Assembly: GCA_040220235.1 (NCBI GenBank)
Contig: JAVJTO010000051.1
Length of the DNA: 64,000 nucleotides
DNA from: Coleofasciculus sp. B1-GNL1-01
Lineage (GTDB): Bacteria > Cyanobacteriota > Cyanobacteriia > Cyanobacteriales > Coleofasciculaceae
Reading direction: 5' to 3' (one strand)
Shown here: positions 52,045 to 62,594 of the stretch, piece by piece
Layout of the letters: every line of letters begins with the position of its first letter
Position numbering within the stretch: the first letter of the stretch is position 1
Made by a program: the position numbers and the translations under genes
The notes under the pieces: generated by a model
What the model saw: the letters and a program-made list of their open reading frames with translations, nothing else
The model's database searches: none
Told to the model about the DNA's origin: nothing

Positions 52045-54432
52045 ATGACAAGCAACAATAATCAGTACATTCGTTGGTTTGAAAATCTTACCTCTGATGA
52101 TGTATCAAGAGTTGGCGGAAAGAATGCTTCATTAGGTGAAATGATTCGTAGCCTAAAAGATGAAGGCGTTCGCGTCCCGGATGGCTTTGCGACTACGGCT
52201 GAGGCTTACCGTAAATTCCTTGACTCTAATCAGCTTAATGAAAAAATCAAGTCGCATTTATCAGAATTAGACAGTGATAAAACCCCTCTAGAAAAAGTCG
52301 GGAAATCAATCCGTAAGCTATTTCATTATGCTGAATTTCCCGAAGACATTGCCAGGGAAATTCGCGAGGCTTACGACCAACTTAGTCAACGTTATGATAC
52401 CCAAGATGTCGATATCGCGGCGAGAAGTAGCGCGACGGCTGAGGATTTACCGGAAGCCAGTTTTGCGGGTCAGCAGGAAACCTTTCTGAATGTTACTGGC
52501 TATGAAGAATTACTCGAAGCCTGTCGTAAATGTTATGCTTCATTATTTACCGATCGCGCGATTAGTTATCGACAGGCGCAAGGCTTTGACCATCTGAAGG
52601 TAGCACTGTCAGTGGGGGTGCAGAAGATGGTGCGATCGGATAAAGCTAGTGCTGGGGTGATGTTTTCCTTAGATACCGAAACAGGCTTTCCCGATGTAGT
52701 TGTGATTAATGCGGCGTGGGGATTGGGTGAAAACGTGGTACAGGGTTCAGTCACGCCGGATGAATATCGGGTGTTTAAACCTTTATTAGAGGACGCCAAT
52801 CTCCAGCCAATTATTGAAAAAAAACAGGGCGCGAAAGAGAAGAAAATGATCTACGCCAAAGGGGGAAGCGAGACGACGCAAAATATAGATACGTCGTCCC
52901 AAGAGCGTAATTCCTTTGTCTTAAGTGATGAGGAAATTTTACAACTAGGTCAATGGGCAAGTGCGATTGAATCCCATTATCAAAAACCCATGGATATGGA
53001 ATGGGCAAAGGATGGGGATACAGGCGACTTGTTTATCGTGCAAGCGCGTCCGGAAACGGTTCAATCTCAAAAAGAAGCCGGATCATTAAAAACCTATAGC
53101 CTCAAGGAAAAGGGGAAAGAAATTATTTCTGGACTCAGTATTGGGGATGCGATCGCGGCGGGTAAAGTATGCCGAATTAAAAGCGCCGAAGAGATTGATA
53201 AATTTAAAGAAAATTCCATCCTAGTCACCGGAATGACTGACCCCGATTGGGTACCAATTATGAAAAAAGCCGCCGGGATTGTCACCGATCATGGGGGACG
53301 CACCTGTCACGCCGCCATTGTCAGTCGGGAGTTAGGCATTGCCGCTATTGTAGGAACGGGTGATGCAACGAGTACGTTAGAGGATGGTCAAGAGATTACG
53401 ATTTCCTGTGCTGAAGGCGATCGCGGTTTAATTTATCAAGGGATATTGGAGTATGAGGAATCCGAACTCAACTTGGAAGAAATCCCCAAAACCAAAACCC
53501 AAATTATGATGAATATTGCCAGTCCTGATGCAGCATTTCGCTGGTGGCGATTACCCTGTGAAGGGATTGGCTTGGCACGGATGGAGTTTATTATTAATAA
53601 TGTGATTAAAATTCATCCGATGGCGTTGATTCATTTGGATGAGTTAGAGGATGAAGATGCACGCCAGCAGATTCAAAAATTGACTCAGGGGTATGAGGAT
53701 AAGACCGAGTATTTTGTCGATAATTTAGCCAGAGGAATTGCCAAAATCGCCGCCGCCCAATATCCGAATCCAGTGATTGTGCGGATGAGTGATTTTAAGA
53801 CGAATGAGTATGCTGACTTGATTGGCGGTCAACAATTTGAGCCAGAGGAAGCCAACCCCATGTTAGGGTTTCGGGGTGCATCTCGGTATTATAGCGATCG
53901 CTACCGGGAAGGGTTTGCTTTGGAATGTCGCGCCCTGAAACGGGTACGGGAAGAAATTGGCTTTAATAATGTGATTATCATGATTCCCTTCTGTCGCACC
54001 CTAGATGAGGCGGATAAGGTTCTCCACGTCTTGGCTGAAAATGGACTCAAGCGGGGGGAAAATGGGTTAGAAGTCTATGTAATGTGCGAAATTCCCTCTA
54101 ATGTGGAGTTAGCGGAAGAGTTCTCTGAACGCTTTGATGGCTTCTCCATTGGCAGTAATGACCTCACCCAGTTAATGTTGGGGGTGGATCGGGATTCTGG
54201 CGATCTATCTCATCTGTTTGACGAACGCAATCTGGCGCTTAAGAAAACAATCCGGCGGCTGATTCAAACCGCGCATCAGTGCGATCGCAAGGTGGGGATT
54301 TGTGGACAAGCACCCAGCGATCATCCCGAGTTTGCCGCATTTTTAGTGGAAGCGGGAATTGATTCGATTTCCCTAAATCCAGATAGTGTGAGTCAGGTGA
54401 AGCAGCAAGTCGCTCAACAGGAAGGTAAATGA
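52045..54432 (+). CDS. ppsA: Phosphoenolpyruvate synthase
   Basis: VGGKNASLGEM, RSSATAEDLPEASFAGQQET, QARPETV, GGRTCHAAIVSRELG, FSIGSNDLTQL. Confidence 0.95.
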   Translation: MTSNNNQYIRWFENLTSDDVSRVGGKNASLGEMIRSLKDEGVRVPDGFATTAEAYRKFLDSNQLNEKIKSHLSELDSDKTPLEKVGKSIRKLFHYAEFPEDIAREIREAYDQLSQRYDTQDVDIAARSSATAEDLPEASFAGQQETFLNVTGYEELLEACRKCYASLFTDRAISYRQAQGFDHLKVALSVGVQKMVRSDKASAGVMFSLDTETGFPDVVVINAAWGLGENVVQGSVTPDEYRVFKPLLEDANLQPIIEKKQGAKEKKMIYAKGGSETTQNIDTSSQERNSFVLSDEEILQLGQWASAIESHYQKPMDMEWAKDGDTGDLFIVQARPETVQSQKEAGSLKTYSLKEKGKEIISGLSIGDAIAAGKVCRIKSAEEIDKFKENSILVTGMTDPDWVPIMKKAAGIVTDHGGRTCHAAIVSRELGIAAIVGTGDATSTLEDGQEITISCAEGDRGLIYQGILEYEESELNLEEIPKTKTQIMMNIASPDAAFRWWRLPCEGIGLARMEFIINNVIKIHPMALIHLDELEDEDARQQIQKLTQGYEDKTEYFVDNLARGIAKIAAAQYPNPVIVRMSDFKTNEYADLIGGQQFEPEEANPMLGFRGASRYYSDRYREGFALECRALKRVREEIGFNNVIIMIPFCRTLDEADKVLHVLAENGLKRGENGLEVYVMCEIPSNVELAEEFSERFDGFSIGSNDLTQLMLGVDRDSGDLSHLFDERNLALKKTIRRLIQTAHQCDRKVGICGQAPSDHPEFAAFLVEAGIDSISLNPDSVSQVKQQVAQQEGK

Positions 54433-54451
54433 TCCCAAGTCCGGTAAGTAT

Positions 54452-56842
54452 TCACCCGGACATAATAGTAGTCAACCAATAGGTATCAAGCTGTTCAGAA
54501 AGAACGTGCAAAGCTGTTACCATGTCTGCATCTACATCGCGATTGTGAATATCGACAATCAGGTTATAGGCAAGCTCAAAGTTAATCCGATCGGTTTTGT
54601 CCATGATGGCAAATAGTCCGTTTGGGCTGTGGCTAAGCTTGCCAATTTCCTCTTGGCTTTTTTTGCCCATAATTTGGGGTTCTCTAGCATCGCGGATGAG
54701 GCGAAACTGTGTTTTAGGATGGCTGAGAACAAGCTGATTGAAGTTGGCGATGCGGTGAAAAAAGGAAGAGCTACTGATGTTGAGAAAGCCAATCACAAAC
54801 GTGCGATCGCCAATTCTGAGCTGTAAGTGTTCGGGAAGGACTTTTTTGCCCAGTCGCAGTTGATCAATATCGATGGACTGAAGTAGCCCAAAGGCGGCGA
54901 CAATTTCGTTAAGTTTACCCCAGTCGTCGCTATCGCTGATAATGTGGGGACAGGCATCGTAGTCTTGTTCGAGTTCTCTTTGCTTTTGGAGGAGGTAATC
55001 CGCAACGGGGTGTTCGGTAGAGACATCGGAGGTAGCGATCGCCTCTTGAGGAAAGGCGCTGAGGGGTTGTAGTGGTGTGGTGATACCTGTGATCGCTTGC
55101 TTGAGTTGGTTAACCTCGTTCTCTAGTCGGTGCAGTCGGGTTTCGAGACTCGTGGAGGACGTTGGCTTTGAGGAAGCCAGAGGCGCCGAAGGTAAAGGAA
55201 TGTTTTGAGCTTTGTAGCGGTAATAAGCAGCCGCACGGTTGAGAACAGCACGGATCGAGTTTTGGCTAAGAATGTCGTCGAGTTCACTACGCTCAAATAG
55301 CTGGTTTAGGTCAAGGTCAACAGATTGAGCTTTGAGACTGAGGATATCACGCAGCTTGTCATTGTTAGGTCGATTCAGGTGTACTTTGTACTGAGATACA
55401 CGATCAACAACGGAGCCATCGAAGAATTGCTGAAATTGCTCCCAGCGATCGGGAAAAAGGTTGAGAATAATCAGGCTGTTGGGAACGTGGGTTAAAATTT
55501 CTTTGACGGCGCTGCCAAAGTTTTTGAGCAGGGTAGGCTTATCACTGAGTCCTTCGAGTTGATCAAAAATAATAATCAGTGGTTCATCGAGAGTGGAGAG
55601 TGTGCCAAAAGTGGTGATCGCTTCCAGGGAGAATTCCTCTTTACTTATGTCATCGTGCCAGTTTTCCAATCCGATGTCTTTTGCCTGTTCGTCGGGAATT
55701 TCATTGACGGCTAGCCATCGCCGCACCATATCTTTTTTGCGCCGATCCGTGTAGCGACAAAACTTGAGAATCCCTTGGAGTATTGCCGCAGAATATCCAG
55801 CCGCCGTGTAACGATTCGTCCACCAGTCCATGATGTGACGTTCAATGTACTGCCACCAATCGCGGTTCCGTTTTGTTCCCTCTGAACCAATGCGGCTGTA
55901 AAGACTGAGGCTGTCTTGCTCCAATGCTGAAAGGATTTGCGTTCCCTTTTGGGTTGTGGTGACTTGATCGATGGATTTGAGAATTTTGACAAAGCTATTG
56001 GCAAGCAGTTGCTCTAACTGGGTGTGCGGAGTGTCGGGAATGCCCTCGGCAAAGGATTCAAGAATGCGAGCGTAGGTATGATAAACAACGGCATTGGCAT
56101 TATTGGGCTGGCGGATAAAGAGTAGGCGGTTGGTTTTCAGCCGTTCTTTGGCGAGTCTCATCATCAGGTGGGTTTTACCCGCTCCGGCTTCGCCAATGAC
56201 AACCGCACCTTTGCTTTGCTGGTTTGAATCGCATTTGATGTCATTGATGATGGACTTAAGGATTTCATACTCGCTATGGTAAACCGCTTGCAGGTCGATG
56301 TGATCTTGGAACGGTGTGTCTACGCGGCTACTGCTAAATGGGTTGTAGGTGTTCCGGAGGCGTTCGTACATAGCCAGGTGTTCCTTGAGGTTCCGGTAGA
56401 GATGATAAGTAAACTCGGCATCGTAGCGTGCCGTATGAGCGCAATTGGCGTCGAATAGTCTGTTTTTAACTTTAAGAAGGAAATGCTTGCTCAGGTATCT
56501 CAGCGAGTATTCAGGTAGATTGGGGAAACATCGTCGTGCCAGTTCACAACTACACTCGAAGGAAAACGAGGGCAACCTGACTCCGGCTTGAATAAAGCTG
56601 TTTCGCAACACTTTGCTGTCGTGTGCAGCATAGTGGCAGACGAGTTTTTTTCTCTGAACCAGGGTGGCAAATTCGCTCACGATGTTGCGTAGACTCTTGC
56701 ACTTCAGTCGAATGGCTGTATTGTTTGGATGATCTTCAGTGAAGGCTTCATAGATGATCTTGCCCTGACTATCGATGACGGCAATCTCGCTGAGTGCGTG
56801 TTTTCCCTCCGTGTCAATGACGACGAAGTCTTGCTCTGTCAT
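54452..56842 (-). CDS. DEDDh 3'-5' exonuclease fused to a P-loop ATPase
   Basis: VIDTE, HYAAHD, HTARYDAE (ExoI-III); Walker A GEAGAGKT; Walker B IIIFDQLE. Confidence 0.85.
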   Translation of the reverse strand: MTEQDFVVIDTEGKHALSEIAVIDSQGKIIYEAFTEDHPNNTAIRLKCKSLRNIVSEFATLVQRKKLVCHYAAHDSKVLRNSFIQAGVRLPSFSFECSCELARRCFPNLPEYSLRYLSKHFLLKVKNRLFDANCAHTARYDAEFTYHLYRNLKEHLAMYERLRNTYNPFSSSRVDTPFQDHIDLQAVYHSEYEILKSIINDIKCDSNQQSKGAVVIGEAGAGKTHLMMRLAKERLKTNRLLFIRQPNNANAVVYHTYARILESFAEGIPDTPHTQLEQLLANSFVKILKSIDQVTTTQKGTQILSALEQDSLSLYSRIGSEGTKRNRDWWQYIERHIMDWWTNRYTAAGYSAAILQGILKFCRYTDRRKKDMVRRWLAVNEIPDEQAKDIGLENWHDDISKEEFSLEAITTFGTLSTLDEPLIIIFDQLEGLSDKPTLLKNFGSAVKEILTHVPNSLIILNLFPDRWEQFQQFFDGSVVDRVSQYKVHLNRPNNDKLRDILSLKAQSVDLDLNQLFERSELDDILSQNSIRAVLNRAAAYYRYKAQNIPLPSAPLASSKPTSSTSLETRLHRLENEVNQLKQAITGITTPLQPLSAFPQEAIATSDVSTEHPVADYLLQKQRELEQDYDACPHIISDSDDWGKLNEIVAAFGLLQSIDIDQLRLGKKVLPEHLQLRIGDRTFVIGFLNISSSSFFHRIANFNQLVLSHPKTQFRLIRDAREPQIMGKKSQEEIGKLSHSPNGLFAIMDKTDRINFELAYNLIVDIHNRDVDADMVTALHVLSEQLDTYWLTTIMSG

Positions 56843-56957
56843 ATCCTATAAATATTGACTTGCCTGACTATAATTATGGGCAAAATGCTGAACTAATATT
56901 TGAACCTGATAATACCTTGCCAAACTCCTGCAATCGATGCTATGGTATATACGGTTG

Positions 56958-57061
56958 ATTTTCGGTAGAGTAAGCTTGTTTCGATTTTTTCGATTTCGAT
57001 TTTGTCCGCAGGCACTTCTCCGATGTAACTCGCTACAGGTTCAGTAAAAAGGAAGTGCCTT
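56958..57061 (+). promoter_or_regulatory. rbp 5' leader with complementary boxes
   Basis: TTTTCGGTAGAG ... CTTCTCCGA resembles the conserved leader of cold-inducible cyanobacterial rbp genes. Confidence 0.4.
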
Positions 57062-57349
57062 ATGTCTATTTACGTTGGTAATTTGTCCTACGATGTCACT
57101 CAAGAGGATTTGACGGAAGTTTTTGCCGAATACGGTAACGTCACTCGTGTGAGTGTACCCAAAGATCGTGAAACCGGACGTCCACGAGGGTTCGCTTTTG
57201 TGGAGATGGAGTCTGAGTCTAACGAAGACAGTGCTATTGAAACCCTTGATGGTGCTGAATGGATGGGACGCTCAATGAAGGTTAACAAAGCAAGACCACG
57301 GGAACGAAGCAATGGGAATCGCGGTGGCTATAACCGTGGTTCTTTTTAA
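57062..57349 (+). CDS. rbp: RRM RNA-binding protein (RbpA-like)
   Basis: IYVGNLSY (RNP2), RGFAFVEM (RNP1), short Gly-rich tail. Confidence 0.95.
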   Translation: MSIYVGNLSYDVTQEDLTEVFAEYGNVTRVSVPKDRETGRPRGFAFVEMESESNEDSAIETLDGAEWMGRSMKVNKARPRERSNGNRGGYNRGSF

Positions 57350-57713
57350 CTTAACTGGCAAGGGGTTTGGGGAGCTATAAGTCCCGATCTGTACCCGTGA
57401 GGTCAGTGTTGGGATACATGGACTCCCCAACTTTGGGGCATTGAACCCCTACTCAGAGGATGTCACGTATGTCATACTGATATCACTACACTCCATGAGA
57501 GCGGTGATATAAACCGCGCCTTGTAAAAAAAACTTGTTCACCGCTATAGCATTAAATGTTTAGCGGTGGGAGAGCGGTGGGAGTGTCAAAAGCTGATTTC
57601 CTTATTTTTCCCTGAAATTGAGGAACGATAAGAAGTTAAGTTGTTATGGCTTTTGAAATTTGAGGGCAGGTAAATGTCTGCCCTTTTTGTGTTGAGCTTC
57701 AAAGGAGATAAGC

Positions 57714-57905
57714 ATGGCTCAAGTTATTATTGGAGAAAATGAAGGAATTGAATCTGGACTTCGGCGATTTAAGCGCAAAGTATCTCGTGCTGGGATTTTC
57801 TCAGACATGAAGAAGAACCGCTTTTTTGAAACTCCCTTGGAAAAGCACAAACGCAAGGAAATAGCCAGACACCGACAACAACGCAGATATCGCAAACGGC
57901 GGTAA
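57714..57905 (+). CDS. rpsU: 30S ribosomal protein S21
   Basis: [42 protein letters not shown]. Confidence 0.95.
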   Translation: MAQVIIGENEGIESGLRRFKRKVSRAGIFSDMKKNRFFETPLEKHKRKEIARHRQQRRYRKRR

Positions 57906-58003
57906 GAAATTGTTTGTGTTCTTGACCTTTTCCCCTACGTTAGTACGGCTTCGCAGACCTTAAAAGTCAAAAGCTTTCCCTCAACGGTTGTGAAAGGTCA
58001 AGT

Positions 58004-58067
58004 GTAGGGGCGGGTTTAGCTACTCAGGTAAGCGGGTTAATGATAACCTCTCACAAAAACCCGCCCT
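58004..58067. repeat. REP-like element
   Basis: GTAGGGGCGGGTTT...AAACCCGCCCT. Confidence 0.8.
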
Positions 58068-58129
58068 CAGTAACGTATTCCTAGGAGTGTTCGCCTCTCC
58101 CTGAGTTATTTAACGACGTTTTAGCGTAT

Positions 58130-60580
58130 CTATGGAACTCGCAAGGTAACTCGAATCGTTCCAGTAACAGATTCTAAAGTAGACCAGCCTAAGAGCGATC
58201 GCCGAATTGGATCGACAATGGTGGTATCCTGTAACGTTGACTCGATATCGTCGAGGATCACTCGTTGAACCGCACCATCGCGAATCTGTAACTCAAAGAT
58301 AATTTCACCCGTGAAACCCTCTGGGAGATTCAAGGATTGTAGATGTTGAGTCAGAGACGCGATCGCATCTTCTGCTTGTTCCGGTTCTAACCCTTCAATC
58401 TTGATCACCTGAAGTTGAGTTGAACCTTGGCTTAAGGTATCAGCCTCCTCTGACTGGGGTTGGGAAGTCGGTAGAGGCGCAGCAGGTAAAGGTGCAGCCG
58501 AACCTCGCGAAAACCCACCTGCACTCCTCCTTGAAGATCGCATTCTGCGATTCCTAAATCTCAATGAAGAATTAGTCGGTACACCTCCAGTGAGTGTTAT
58601 TGTATCCGCCGTATCACCGAAAATCCCTTCATAACTCACCCCTTCGGGTAATTCCACCGGAACTTGTACCCGCCGCCGTGTTCCATCGGGTTCCACTCGC
58701 ACTTCTTCACTCACCGCCACAAATGCCGTATATTGCGATAACAAGTTATAATCTAACGCCGTCTGTGTCACCGCCTCGACACCCGACTTAGTTTCACCAC
58801 CAAACATTTGATTCATCAAATCTTTGATCCGGGCGCGTCCCCACAATTGTGCAATCGCCGGATTATCGGTACTCTGATCAAAATTCACCGATAGGGTTTG
58901 TTCATACCGTTGACCCCCCGCCGCCATTCCGGTAATCTTAATCGTGCCATTGCGACGGTCTGGTTTCCGTCCAAACAAAACCAGAGGCTGATTGGCAAAT
59001 AAATCGGGTGCAGCTAGGGGATAGATTTTCGCCGATGTCCCCTCACCTTGCCAACTGACCTGAATATCCGTTAAGACTGGATTATTAATTTGGCGGAAGA
59101 ATGTTTCCGCCACCTCCTGCGTGGGTTCATCCTGACGAATGACTTGGGCTGTACCCCGCCCCACCTCCGCTAAACGGTTTAGCAAGAAGCGATTCACCGA
59201 ACTTCCGACGCCGAAACTATAAAGACGATTACCGGGTTTGAGTTGTCGTTGTACCTCAGCAATCACCTCCGCCTCATTACCAATATAGCCATCGGTGAGT
59301 AACACCACACTTCGCAGCCGATTCGGTGCAGATGGTGGGAAGTTTAACACCGCCCGTATCCCATTCATTAATTCTGTACCGCCATTTGCCTGCAATCCAT
59401 TAATATAATTTAGTGCTTGAGTGCGATTTTGGGCTGTATTGGCTAAAGGTCGAGGCGAAAGTTGAGTCGTCGTATTAGAAAAATCGATAATCGTAAACGT
59501 ATCATCGGGATTCAACCCATTAATAAAGCGGCGCATCAATTCCTGGGACTTCAGCAATGGTTCACCCCGTTGGGAACCTGATGTATCCATGAGAAAGACG
59601 ACATCCTTGGGGACAATTTCATCAGGGCGATAGTCTAAGGCGGGGATGAGGTAAAGGGCAAAATGTCCACCCTGTTCATCAGCTTGGGAAAGGAGAGTGG
59701 CTTGCGTGCGATCGCCTGCGACTTGATAGCGTAAAATTAGGTCTTTGTTGGGAATTGTGTCTTCCCCGCCTAACTGTACTTGTACGGTTTCACCTTGGCG
59801 TTGGGTGCGAATCTGATGGGAGGGAGAACGCACATCCTGAATCGGTACACCAGCATTAATCTCTACGGTTACATTAATATCATGTCCCGAACGAGTTCCC
59901 GGCTTGAGAACTGGCGGGGTAATTCGGGAGGCGTCGGGAACTTGGTTCGTATTTCCACGATTACCACTGGGATTACCCGGAATATAGCGGGGTCCGACAA
60001 CCATGGGAAACACAAATTCATAGTCACCGCCCTCAAATTTTAGGCTATCGGTGTAGCGAATTGTGACATCAATCTGTTCTCCGGGTTTGATATTCGCCAG
60101 AGACTGAGTAAAGATATTTGCCCGTTCTTGTTCTAGGAGTCCCGCCGTTCGTCCTTCCTGACGCGCCTGTTCGTAAATGGCTTGGGCTTCCTCACGCTTT
60201 TTAATCTCCCCTTTAATCGTGCGATCGCCGATTCTAATCTCCATATCATACACCGCCGCTTCATCGGGCAAGGGGAAGACATAGACGGCTTCTAAGGGTT
60301 CCGCAAAGGGATTTTCAAAGGTTTGAGTAACTTCAACTTGAGAGACATTCCCCGTCACTTTGGCATTCACCTCGGTATGCTTGAGGGGAAAGACTTGCTG
60401 TTGTCCCTCTTCCGATTGAACATATAAGCCGCCAACAGGAGGTTCTTCTGGAGTGTTGGTAAGCGTTTGGCTAATTACCCGTGTCGGAACCTTAGCCGGA
60501 ACTTGAGCTAAGGTTATCGGAACGACTACGAAGATACCACTTAGGCATAAAGTTATGGGTATAGCCTCGATGAATTTCAT
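58130..60580 (-). CDS. Secreted VIT and vWA domain protein
   Basis: Signal peptide from MKFIEA; VIT domain (PLKHT.V...QTFENP...EAVYVFPLP); MIDAS DTSGS, NGGTEL, LLTDG. Confidence 0.9.
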   Translation of the reverse strand: MKFIEAIPITLCLSGIFVVVPITLAQVPAKVPTRVISQTLTNTPEEPPVGGLYVQSEEGQQQVFPLKHTEVNAKVTGNVSQVEVTQTFENPFAEPLEAVYVFPLPDEAAVYDMEIRIGDRTIKGEIKKREEAQAIYEQARQEGRTAGLLEQERANIFTQSLANIKPGEQIDVTIRYTDSLKFEGGDYEFVFPMVVGPRYIPGNPSGNRGNTNQVPDASRITPPVLKPGTRSGHDINVTVEINAGVPIQDVRSPSHQIRTQRQGETVQVQLGGEDTIPNKDLILRYQVAGDRTQATLLSQADEQGGHFALYLIPALDYRPDEIVPKDVVFLMDTSGSQRGEPLLKSQELMRRFINGLNPDDTFTIIDFSNTTTQLSPRPLANTAQNRTQALNYINGLQANGGTELMNGIRAVLNFPPSAPNRLRSVVLLTDGYIGNEAEVIAEVQRQLKPGNRLYSFGVGSSVNRFLLNRLAEVGRGTAQVIRQDEPTQEVAETFFRQINNPVLTDIQVSWQGEGTSAKIYPLAAPDLFANQPLVLFGRKPDRRNGTIKITGMAAGGQRYEQTLSVNFDQSTDNPAIAQLWGRARIKDLMNQMFGGETKSGVEAVTQTALDYNLLSQYTAFVAVSEEVRVEPDGTRRRVQVPVELPEGVSYEGIFGDTADTITLTGGVPTNSSLRFRNRRMRSSRRSAGGFSRGSAAPLPAAPLPTSQPQSEEADTLSQGSTQLQVIKIEGLEPEQAEDAIASLTQHLQSLNLPEGFTGEIIFELQIRDGAVQRVILDDIESTLQDTTIVDPIRRSLLGWSTLESVTGTIRVTLRVP

Positions 60581-60820
60581 ACACGTCTCATTAAAAAAGT
60601 TTGGAAACTTTATGTAGTTTATGTAGGGTGGGCAAGAGTTATAAAATGCAAAATGCTTATAGTATCGTTCGTTGCTCTTGCCCACCACAGGAGTACTTTA
60701 AGCTGATTACCAGTAAGGCAAGATATGAGTATAACTTAAAAGAGTTGGGAGTGCGAGAGTCTTAAGTTGTGACTATCGGGTAATCCAGACTGATAACAAG
60801 GATGGAAAGTTTCGCCACAT

Positions 60821-61147
60821 CTACTCATCCTCCTGATCGAATAATTCTAACAAACCCACTGTACCCACAAAGAACGTATAAGTTCCATAGACGATGGGTG
60901 TCTTTTGTCTAGAAGGCGCATAAGCTGCTGCGATAATCGCTTCCACTAAATGAATGGTAACGGCAAAACGCCCCAGCCAAAAAACAGGTTCAAGGATTGT
61001 GGGGACACTCAGATCACTGAATAAAGCATAAATATTCCAGAGTTCTAGCGCAATTGCACCACTGATCAGACTGGTGGATATAACTTTTATGGCGTTGAAA
61101 AAGTTTTTTTTTGTTTGATAGACTTTAACTGCATAATTTAGAGTCAA
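60821..61147 (-). CDS. Small hypothetical membrane protein
   Basis: IHLVEAIIAA...YGTYTFFVGTVGLLEL; start uncertain. Confidence 0.65.
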   Translation of the reverse strand: MTLNYAVKVYQTKKNFFNAIKVISTSLISGAIALELWNIYALFSDLSVPTILEPVFWLGRFAVTIHLVEAIIAAAYAPSRQKTPIVYGTYTFFVGTVGLLELFDQEDE

Positions 61148-61531
61148 GTATTTTGAATGTTCCTTAGCTTACCATAAAACTCCCTGAAGATTTCCTGGTT
61201 CTGCCGCAAGGTTAGGGATTGTAATGATTATCAGTGAAAAGAATACCCTTTCTTTTTTGTCTTTCTTGCTCCCCTCTCCCCTGGTGGGAGAGGGGCTGGG
61301 GGTGAGGGGGTTGTAGCTTAAGTTGACACCCATAGTCGCTGATAAAATGTGGCGCTGTCAGAATTAACTTGTCTCGACTCGCCCCAGTCCAATGTAGGCG
61401 ATGTCAGATAATTACCGATACCTAATCCAGGGCGACCCGATATAATTAATCGGTTGGTGGTGTTCATTGGTGCAGCAGGTCGCCCCTACAGGGTTTACTT
61501 TTAATTGCTGTTTTCTTTAGTCCGACTACTT

Positions 61532-62383
61532 ATGTCTAGCCGTAAGAACCGAATAGGAGAGCTTTTCTTAAAGCCAATCATAAGCATCGTGATTGGTCAA
61601 GACAAACTCCAGTTCTATGAAACCATTGATTGGCAAAAGCAGAGTGAACGTTTCCGACAAATTAATCTCATTTATCCCGACTATTATAGCCAGCCCGACT
61701 TTCATGGTATTGAAGGTGGCTATCTGAATCCTATAGCGGCTATTACTTATGATACTGTGACGGCTTATGCGTCCCCACCCAATGAAACTCGAATTCGCGA
61801 ACAGTTAATAACGACTATTGAAAAGCCACCCAGTCGAATTCTTGATCTCGGTTGTGGTACAGGTTCGACAACATTGATGTTAAAGCAGGCGTTTCCGAAA
61901 GCTGTTGTTATCGGATTGGATTTGTCTCCGTATATGCTGATTGTGGCAGATTACAAAGCACAGCAAGCAGGACTAGAGATACAATGGCAACAGGGTTTCG
62001 CTGAAGCTGCGGGTTTTGAGAATGCTTCCTTTGATTTAGTCACAGTCTCCATGGTATTACATGAAACGCCGCCCCTGATTTCTCAGTTAATTGTACAAGA
62101 ATGCTTTCGCCTGCTGAAACCTGGCGGACAATTGATTATTCTGGATGGCGATCAACGGAAACTTCGTTATGCTCACTGGTTGATAGAACTCTTTCGAGAA
62201 CCTTATTCAAAGGACTATGCTGCTCATAGTGTCGAAGATTGGATGATAGCGGCTTTTTTAAAACAGGTGCGAACTGAATATGTGGGATGGATTCATCAAG
62301 TAACGTCTGGGATTAAGCCGATAACGCAAGGGATCAGGGCAGATAATATAAGTAAAACGGCTAATATTTCAGGTATAAATTAA
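61532..62383 (+). CDS. Class I SAM-dependent methyltransferase
   Basis: ILDLGCGTG, GLDLSPYML, FDLVT...LHETP, RLLKPGG. Confidence 0.9.
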   Translation: MSSRKNRIGELFLKPIISIVIGQDKLQFYETIDWQKQSERFRQINLIYPDYYSQPDFHGIEGGYLNPIAAITYDTVTAYASPPNETRIREQLITTIEKPPSRILDLGCGTGSTTLMLKQAFPKAVVIGLDLSPYMLIVADYKAQQAGLEIQWQQGFAEAAGFENASFDLVTVSMVLHETPPLISQLIVQECFRLLKPGGQLIILDGDQRKLRYAHWLIELFREPYSKDYAAHSVEDWMIAAFLKQVRTEYVGWIHQVTSGIKPITQGIRADNISKTANISGIN

Positions 62384-62389
62384 TGGTTT

Positions 62390-62517
62390 TAAGCTGTCAT
62401 GCATTTAAATTGGGTATTAATAGCGAGCAAGATGCAAAGCCTGCGGCATGGCTTCGCTTAACGCACTACAAGGATTTCATGATTCTTGACATTAAGGTTT
62501 AAATGCCGAACAGCTTA
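62390..62517. mobile_element. MITE-like element
   Basis: TAAGCTGTCATGCATTTAAA ... TTTAAATGCCGAACAGCTTA imperfect 20-bp terminal inverted repeats. Confidence 0.65.
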
Positions 62518-62594
62518 GCTGAATGCAAGTTCAGTCATAAATGAATAGGATATAATACTTTATTGTTAGGACTTAATTTATAACCTGAAAATAC

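Noticed and set aside
60581..60688. N-terminal extension of the VIT/vWA ORF
   Set aside because: It runs through a REP-like element (60623-60688); the signal peptide begins at ATG 60580.
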